NCBI GenBank assembly: GCA_004764695.1
Contig: SMSO01000025.1
Span: forward strand, 4,690,862-4,754,861
Reading direction: 5' to 3'
Source of the DNA: Schizochytrium sp. TIO01
Lineage: Eukaryota > Protista > Bigyra: Labyrinthulomycetes
DNA: 64,000 nt
The notes under the pieces were generated by a model that saw nothing but the letters and a program-made list of their open reading frames with translations, ran no database searches and had not been told where the DNA came from. Numbering within the stretch: the first letter of the stretch is position 1; every line of letters begins with the position of its first letter. Below, piece after piece: positions 57,114 through 64,000 of the stretch. A program made the position numbers and the translations under genes.

Positions 57114-58510
57114 GATGGCTGCGGTTGGTGGGAACGTAAACTTGAAGCACTACGCAGGCTACCACTGGGTGGCTAGAGACTTGGTCTTGTGGACTTCCGT
57201 GATCCTTCTCGGAATGAAGTTCCACGCTTGAGTTCAAGAGAAGCACGGAGGAAGTGTCTATCAATGAGCTTACCAATTTGTCTCAGCGTTTCTTCTGCCA
57301 TGCTATACAAAGAGAAAGTTGTCCTTGGTGAGAAAGAGTATCGATCTTTCCGTACATTGAATCAACAAATTTTTTGACTTGAGCGATCGAACTTTTGTCA
57401 CTCCGAGTCTCCGCGTTAAGTTGTTGAATGCCTTTGTGAGTACTGGTATGAGATTGTGCTTCTTTGATAACTTGATGCACTTTCCGAAACCATGGGCGTC
57501 ACAGGTCTATGAAACGGAGGAACAAGTGAGCACCTTTACGATCTTTTTCTCCGATCATTACCAACGACTCGAGTGAGGGTGTTTGTATTAACTAAGGCCA
57601 TTTGGCGATTTCCGCTTTGCTTCACTTTTGTTATTATATGAGTTGATCAATTGAGCCTTTCATGTTTATTCGGATATTTGTTTACCACTATTTTATGCAT
57701 ATTCAAGTACCTACCAAAGGCAAGTAAATAAATAAATAGATGTTTCATTCAATAATTCTCCTTGTTCAAGTTGCTTTCCAATGTCGAAGTTTGATTGTTG
57801 TTTGCGACGATTGTGATTTACGAGCTGATCTGATTAACAAGTTTCCACTACTGCTGTAGTTGATATGTGTTTTGTTTGTGGAATGTGTGCTATATGATGA
57901 AACGAAGAATAAAAGAGAAGAGGCTTGGCCAAAACGAGCAAAGGCAGTTGCGTTCTGCGCAAGGACCTTGCTGGTGTGGAGAACAACCTGCTTATCTCGA
58001 GCATATTCTCTTCTTAAGGTCCTCCAAGATCTCAGGCAATTCGGCAATGCTAACGAGGACATCAGTGAGGAGGCAAGTACTGAGGCACCCGCACATTCCA
58101 ATCAGATTATACGCTGATCACTCTCTTTTGCCCACGCCCATGACTCAGTCTGGTATCATGCCTGTGCCTAATGTTCACTAGTTGATAGAGATTTAGAACT
58201 CAGCATTTGCATCAAAGCGGATTTTTGTCAAACTGATTTCTGATGCAATATACTACGCTATGGATCGTACTTGCAAAGCGGCAAACTGACAACACATTCA
58301 TTTGACAACCAAAGTATCACAAGAATCATTTAACTGGCCTTTAACATGCAGGATTCTTGACGATTCGAGGCATATCGAGCTTTGCTGCGTTTTGGGGCTC
58401 GCGATGACAGCTTAGACAACGTTGGAGATGGCAATATCGAAACCACTGTGGAAAAGGACACAAATGATAAAAGTCTTACCTATCTGAACTGCTATAGTAT
58501 TCGTTAGGAT
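57114..58510 (+). pseudogene. Decayed coding relic with an ankyrin-like segment
   Basis: Protein-like fragments broken by stops and frameshifts. Near 58330-58430: WPL/HAG...RFEAYRALLRFGARDDSLDNVG, resembling the ankyrin pattern TPLHxA...LLxxGAxxDxxDxxG. Confidence 0.35.
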
Positions 58511-58738
58511 GGTACGTTGTTGACCAGCCAGAGAAAATAAAAATGAAAATGAAAATGTTTTAGCTGTTCATATATCATTGATAGATAGATGGATACCTTG
58601 AGTGAATAAGGAGAAGAGTGGTGGAGAGGAAAGAGGAGCGAGCAGCAAGAAGACAGAAACCATCGAAGCTTGCTGCGGAGCGGAGCGTGTAGGGAGGCTG
58701 CCCTCGATTGGGGGTTTACGGCAGTCTGAATAACAACA

Positions 58739-59999
58739 ATGTTTGTGGCTCAAGAGCTCCGTGACACGCTTCGCGTGGACCCTTCTCAGTTTGGCCGCGA
58801 GAAGATGGCCGTGCTCACGCGTCTCGTGGACGCCAAGTACGCCAACAAAGTGGTGCCCAACGTCGGCCTTTGCGTGTGCCTTAAGGAGTTCGTGTCCATA
58901 GGAGACCCGTACATCTTCCCCGGAGACGGTGCATGCCACACTGATGTGGTCTTCCTGATGGTGGTGTTTCGCCCGCACAAGGGTCAAGTCCTTGAAGGCA
59001 CAGTTGACCTTTGCTGCAAGGAGTTCTTGCGCATCTCTGTCAATTTTTTTCATGTAAGTTATGAGATCAAAGAAGCTCAGATAGTGAATGTGGGATGCTT
59101 CAATCAATGATGAGGTGATTGATAACTATCAACATCGTGCGCCCACTGGCAGCTGCATTGGCTCCTAAGAACTGTCGAGTTTGATGGAGGCTCCTGAAAA
59201 ACCATTTCATTTAAGTTTTCTAGTTTTGCAGTAACTAGAAACACCCCAGGAGGTCTCGTGCAAGCGCAATGCGGGGGATCTGAGTATATATCTCGGGGAG
59301 CTGCTGAGGACGTTCTGGATGATGTAGACGTATGACTAACTGATTGATGACTTGCATATGATGTATCTTGGTGGCATGCTCTGGCATTATCAACGTGGGC
59401 ACTTGGTATTTAATAAACTTCTTTGTTGGCGATTATAGGATATTTTTATTGAGCCGCAACATTTGCCGGTGCCATCGCGCTGGAATGATATTGATCGACT
59501 TTGGGAGTGGGAATACGGTGATGAGGAAGGCGAGGGCAACGAAGGCGAGGGCAACGAAGGCGGTGCAGGATTTTACTTGCAGAAGGGATCACGTATTCGG
59601 TTCAAGATTGAGAGCGTGCGTTTCCGCCCTGTGCACATGGACGAGTCATCGGAAAGGCTTTTGTCTTCCCGTGAGCGTGTGCAAAGCATCAGCTTGCCAA
59701 TGGGAGCCAACATTTCAGACAGCTTGTCTCAGCTACCTCAGCAGCCCGTGCAAGGCCGTCAACGATCCATGTCTACATCCTCAGCAATTATGACTCCTCT
59801 TGAGGATAACATTTTGCTCCCAGGCTCCAAACAAAAGGGCCCTATGCTTGTCATGGCCTCGTGTAGCGAGGCTGGTCTCGGTGCTTGCGAATGGTGGGAA
59901 GACGGTGAGGAAGGCGAAGAGGGCGAGGAAGGCGAAGAGTATGCCGAGGATGGTGAAGATGGTGAAGATTATGGCGAGATGGAGGAAGACGAAGCATAG
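58739..59999 (+). CDS. POLR3H: RNA polymerase III subunit RPC25/RPC8 (291 aa); exons 58739-59053 and 59439-59999
   Basis: KYANKVVPNVGLCV, IFPGDGA, VVFRP. Intron 59054-59438 (GTAAGT...TATAG) joins SVNFFH|DIFIEP...LWEWEY. C-terminal SCSEAGLGACEWW. Confidence 0.95.
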
Positions 60000-61306
60000 A
60001 CTTTTGCCTCCATCTTTGTCTCTAGCATTCTCTTTGAAGATCGCCATTTCCTACATTAACGACCCAACAAGAATACGTGTCTATTATTGTGGAGATCTGA
60101 ATGAGAGCTCATAGAATTATTGCCTCGACCACACAGGTGCATTGCGTTGTGCTGGCTTATCAACTCTCATTTCATTTATGCTCAACTTTTCGCCAATGAA
60201 GTCTCTCCACACAAAACTCTCTTATGAACGTAAAAACCAGCCGTGACGACTGCATTTTCCCCAATGTAGGTCTTCACGCCATGCAAAATGTCCCTGGTTT
60301 GTTCGCGTGGCACTATAAAGGTTCGTTGTTGAGAAATCATTTCACAATCACTTGCATTTAACCTCAGAATGGTCACTCGTCGCTGGATACTGTGTTCAGG
60401 CTGAGCTAGGAGATTTATTGCAGCTACGCTCGCTCGCCCTTACTGATCTGACACAGTGAACTGACGAGAAGAATGATTATAAAAGCAAGAATTATCATGC
60501 TACAAGAAACCTGTCATATTCCCTAACAGGGATCAAAACCGGGTTTTGCGTGGATTAAACTTTCAGCGGTTCGCACCAGAAAACACTTTTGCAACTTCTT
60601 CCACCTCGACACAGAAAATGTCAAATAATTTAAAAAAAGAAAAAGGAAAAAAAAAGGGAGCCTTGAATATCACGAAGAACTGAATGAAGAGCTCATTCAC
60701 GACTCGGCTTGAACTACTGCTCCTTTCTCGAAGTCAAAAACTCTAGAAAAACAAAATAACTAAACTTAGCAACGTAGATAAACGCATCTCACCTACGAAT
60801 TTCATATTCATAAAACGTACTTAGCTCTTGAGCAACATGGCGATTCACCCATAAATTATGATGCTTGGAGAATAGCATGAAACAATACGACGTGTTAGAA
60901 CCTAAAACTTTTTTATTTCACCGTAAAAATTCCTTATGCAAGTTCTGAATAATATGGAGGACTTAGGGGACAACGAGAGAGATAGAGATAAATAAATGTC
61001 CAATCCTGACATTTACATTCATGAAACTAGAAAGAGATTGAACGGCAATATCAATTCACAACATTATATTTTATTTTAATTCACATGCATGATCAGTTTT
61101 ATCGTAATTTGATGTTCTTGTGGAGCTTGGGCCTGGTCACTAAGGGAGAGCCAGGCGAATTCAAATAGAATGGCATTTGGAAAATAGATGCAATTGCCTT
61201 GCGTAAGTAAGCAGGCAAATAAGAATAATGAGAGGTAAAATGAGCGACGCGGACTGTTTGGAAATTCTATATTACAGACACATACCAAGCAAAGAGTCTC
61301 GCAAGT

Positions 61307-63172
61307 TTAAACGCTGGCAGATGAAATAACCCCAGAACCGTGTGTTTGTTGGACCTGTGATTGAAGGCGCTGAGCACCAGAATCGGAAGGTTGTTGGTGT
61401 ACAATAGAAGCTGTTGATATTGAGGGATTTTCAGGGTCATCGTTCACTTGACCCATTTCAACAACTGTGGCAGAAGGATGGGCAGATCGACCACGAGCAT
61501 TATTAAGTCCATGTCGGGATCGTCTTCTTGAGGACGACGACGAAGCAGAGCGAGCCTGCACACGTCTGCGCTCTGACCAGGTGATGAGAGCATACATTAT
61601 AAGGAAGGCACCGACAGCAACACCAACAGACGCACCTGGACCTACAGTTGCCTCGCTGGGACCTGTGTTTTGTGCTTCGGCAAGCATATCACGAATGTCC
61701 TCATCCGAAATGCTGTCAGGGTCAAAGTTCGATGTTTCGAGAAGAAGCTCCCAGATAGCCTCTTGATTAGAGCGGTTGAGAGTCATACCCCCGAGCAAGA
61801 TAACTTTGTTATCTCCAATATTGGTGCACGCGTAGCCAAGGGCGGGCATGGGCTCGAAGTCACTCGGATCTTCATAAAGGCAAATAGGGTCATTAGCACC
61901 ACAAATGAGTGGCGCCTGAGGTTTCATTTCAACATAGGTAACACCACGACGAGGAAACCGAACATTTTGTCCATTGACGTAGCTGACCTGTGTGAGGCCA
62001 CCAAAGATTGCGAAACCACTCAAGACGGGTGCCGCACAACCGTAGGCCTGATTTAGGCTCGGGAATCCAGAGACAATCATCGACCAGCGACTATTGACAA
62101 AGTCAAACTCCCAGAGGTCTGAGTAAATCTCATATTTGCCAGGAGCGCTTGTTGAAATTGGTGCTGAGCGCCCACCTGCGATGGTAAGCTTAGAAACCGT
62201 TGTTGGGGAAGAAGATGACATCATCTTGTAGTAGCTCATGGCAAAACGTGGTGATGGCGAACCACCAAGAGGGTTGATCTTGAATGCAGAACTAACGGAG
62301 GCACTGTACAAGGAGTCATTACGACCGAGAGAAGTGTATGCAAAGTCCACATCAATATTCACCAGTTCATTCAAAGCCTTGGTTGGAACGGTTTGATCGT
62401 TTTCATATAAAGCCCCACCGAAAAGACAGACTTTAATCGACTTGGCACCGGCTGAAGTCATGGAAGATGCGGAAACATCTTGATTGCCAAAGTGGGAGGC
62501 CACAAGTGCCGCTGCTTTACTTGAGGCAGTGACGGAGCGCACAATACCAACGCTGCCAACTCTACTCAAATAGTCTGTATCTACTTGAGAGGTAGAAGTT
62601 GAGACCTCGACCCATTGAACATGTGCTGATTTATGCCCTGTTCTGGAAATACGACCGATCCACATGTCTGCCAAGACCTCTGAATCGTAGGTCAGATCAG
62701 TTGGATCAAAATCATTGGGCCCGTTGCCCACTAGGCGCCGTGTAGATGACGTTGCATGGAAAACACCGTTACCACCACCTATGATTACCCAGCAGGCGTC
62801 CTTATCAAGGTTGTTGAGATCATCTAGTAACTCCATGTAGTGACCTGTGCGAGCAGTAGGTTGATCATCTGATGTCGTAGTGATGTTATCCAGCTGAAAG
62901 TAATTTTTAGAATCAAGGATGCCGATGTTAAAGAAGTATTTCCGCACGTCATCCCGCATATCGCGGAACCCGCCGAAGACGGCAAGCACATCAATATTCT
63001 GACAATAGACCATTTTCGCACCGCTGCGGTCATCCAGACCTCTGTTTTCACCACGCTCGATCATTCTCCACTCTGCACGTGATGTTGGCACTAGTGCCAG
63101 TAACAACACTAATGCTGCACATGTTAAGATTCGCGTCCACGAAGGCCTTGAGCGAACTCTGCCAAGTGCCAT
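61307..63172 (-). CDS. Type I membrane protein with an extracellular Kelch/galactose-oxidase-like beta-propeller
   Basis: Signal peptide (ILTCAALVLLLALVPTSRA). Repeated hydrophobic-GG motifs with downstream W (VFGG, IGGG, LFGG, IAGG, IFGG, LLGG; PTARTGH, PSPRFA, DLWEFDF). TM helix ASVGVAVGAFLIMYALITW followed by basic residues. Confidence 0.85.
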   Translation of the reverse strand: MALGRVRSRPSWTRILTCAALVLLLALVPTSRAEWRMIERGENRGLDDRSGAKMVYCQNIDVLAVFGGFRDMRDDVRKYFFNIGILDSKNYFQLDNITTTSDDQPTARTGHYMELLDDLNNLDKDACWVIIGGGNGVFHATSSTRRLVGNGPNDFDPTDLTYDSEVLADMWIGRISRTGHKSAHVQWVEVSTSTSQVDTDYLSRVGSVGIVRSVTASSKAAALVASHFGNQDVSASSMTSAGAKSIKVCLFGGALYENDQTVPTKALNELVNIDVDFAYTSLGRNDSLYSASVSSAFKINPLGGSPSPRFAMSYYKMMSSSSPTTVSKLTIAGGRSAPISTSAPGKYEIYSDLWEFDFVNSRWSMIVSGFPSLNQAYGCAAPVLSGFAIFGGLTQVSYVNGQNVRFPRRGVTYVEMKPQAPLICGANDPICLYEDPSDFEPMPALGYACTNIGDNKVILLGGMTLNRSNQEAIWELLLETSNFDPDSISDEDIRDMLAEAQNTGPSEATVGPGASVGVAVGAFLIMYALITWSERRRVQARSASSSSSRRRSRHGLNNARGRSAHPSATVVEMGQVNDDPENPSISTASIVHQQPSDSGAQRLQSQVQQTHGSGVISSASV

Positions 63173-64000
63173 GATTGGCCAGCAGGGAGCCTCGCCCTAA
63201 TAGATGTGCGTATAGCTTCGAGCCTTCTCTCCAGGGTGCTTTCACCACCCACGGTATAATAAGCAGAAACCAGGGTCAAAAGTACCCTAGCAAAGCTACG
63301 AAAAGCTACGAAGCGTCAGCAATGAAGATAAGAGATTCCCTTTTAAAGATATCGATGGGCCAGAGAACTAATCCAAAGCAAAATAAAGCAGGTCAACCAA
63401 ATCTATCAAGCCTGCGAATGTCCCTAAAATAGAACCACCACAACCAGCAACACAGCACTGGGCAATTGACGAGTTCGGTCGGGGATCTGTTTGCTTCTTT
63501 GGAAATATTCGCCCGAGGGTATGTGCGCTGGAGAGGGAGAGGAAGAGAGAGAGAGGCCCAAGCGACCGAACAATACGCCACCCACCTGCTTTTCTGGTCT
63601 CTTAGCCAAGAGCGGTTGTTGCGGCGGAAATAGCTCCACGGCCTCCGCGACGTCTATACGCGATCCAGCTTGTCTTGGCCCAGCCGTCTACGCGTGCAAG
63701 ATGGCGCTTTGCGAGGGAGCGAGGCAGCGAGAGAGCGAGTGAGGAAGTCGAGTCAGAGGATGAGAGACTGAGTACGCCAAAGAAACTAAGAAAGTCAGAA
63801 GAAGGAGGCGAGATCAACACAAAACAACTGAGCGATCCGAAGGAGGAGGAGGAGGAGGACTGTAGCCAGTAGCGAACAGCGAGACCGTTTCCTGCTCTGC
63901 TCGTCCCGCCGCGCTGACTATGCTCCTTGGCTGCGCAGTCTGAGCAGCGAGCACGCGAAGCTCGAGCTGCAGTCCAGGCCGGGCCAAACTAGTTTGATTC
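63173..64000 (-). promoter_or_regulatory. ATG-free leader of the Kelch gene (runs off the window)
   Basis: No ATG on - over 828 nt, versus about 8 on +; the sense strand is pyrimidine-rich. Confidence 0.5.

Noticed and set aside
57114-57576. Selenoprotein or TGA read-through gene (three in-frame TGA)
   Set aside because: No redox motif around the TGAs, no recognisable SECIS, and coding-like patches hop between frames; pseudogene decay is simpler.
59105-59200. C/D-box snoRNA in the RPC25 intron (ATGATGA ... CTGA)
   Set aside because: The boxes are short enough to occur by chance; no terminal stem or rRNA-complementary guide was identified. It would need snoscan or Infernal.

Overview
Eukaryotic nuclear DNA with few GT-AG introns, long exons and many tetranucleotide microsatellites. 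This style and a fungal-type Zn2Cys6 factor suggest a thraustochytrid/labyrinthulomycete stramenopile, but that is inference only. Three zones. (1) 0.3-8.0 kb: one giant acidic WW+SAM protein gene (-), split by a single -1 frame break near 2427. (2) About 8.6-37.5 kb: a ~29-kb region with no intact recognisable gene. It holds microsatellites, A/T islands, a recurring GCGCCATCTTG motif, fossil coding fragments (hAT transposase, TPR-like) and a candidate spliced micro-transcript. It lies upstream of a Zn(II)2Cys6 transcription factor with a PAS-like C-terminal region (39030-42020). The factor is preceded by ~1.5 kb with no sense-strand ATG, ending in a perfect 11-bp all-GC hairpin just before the start codon. 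(3) 42.8-63.2 kb, gene-dense: a dephospho-CoA kinase/YfcD-type Nudix fusion, proteasome beta-3 (an intron splits its start codon), a multi-EF-hand protein, a coiled-coil protein, a double-hotdog thioesterase, an ABC1/UbiB kinase, an ankyrin-like relic, RNA Pol III RPC25 and a Kelch-type membrane protein. No rRNA, tRNA or CRISPR array was recognised. All family calls come from motif recognition by eye, not database searches.
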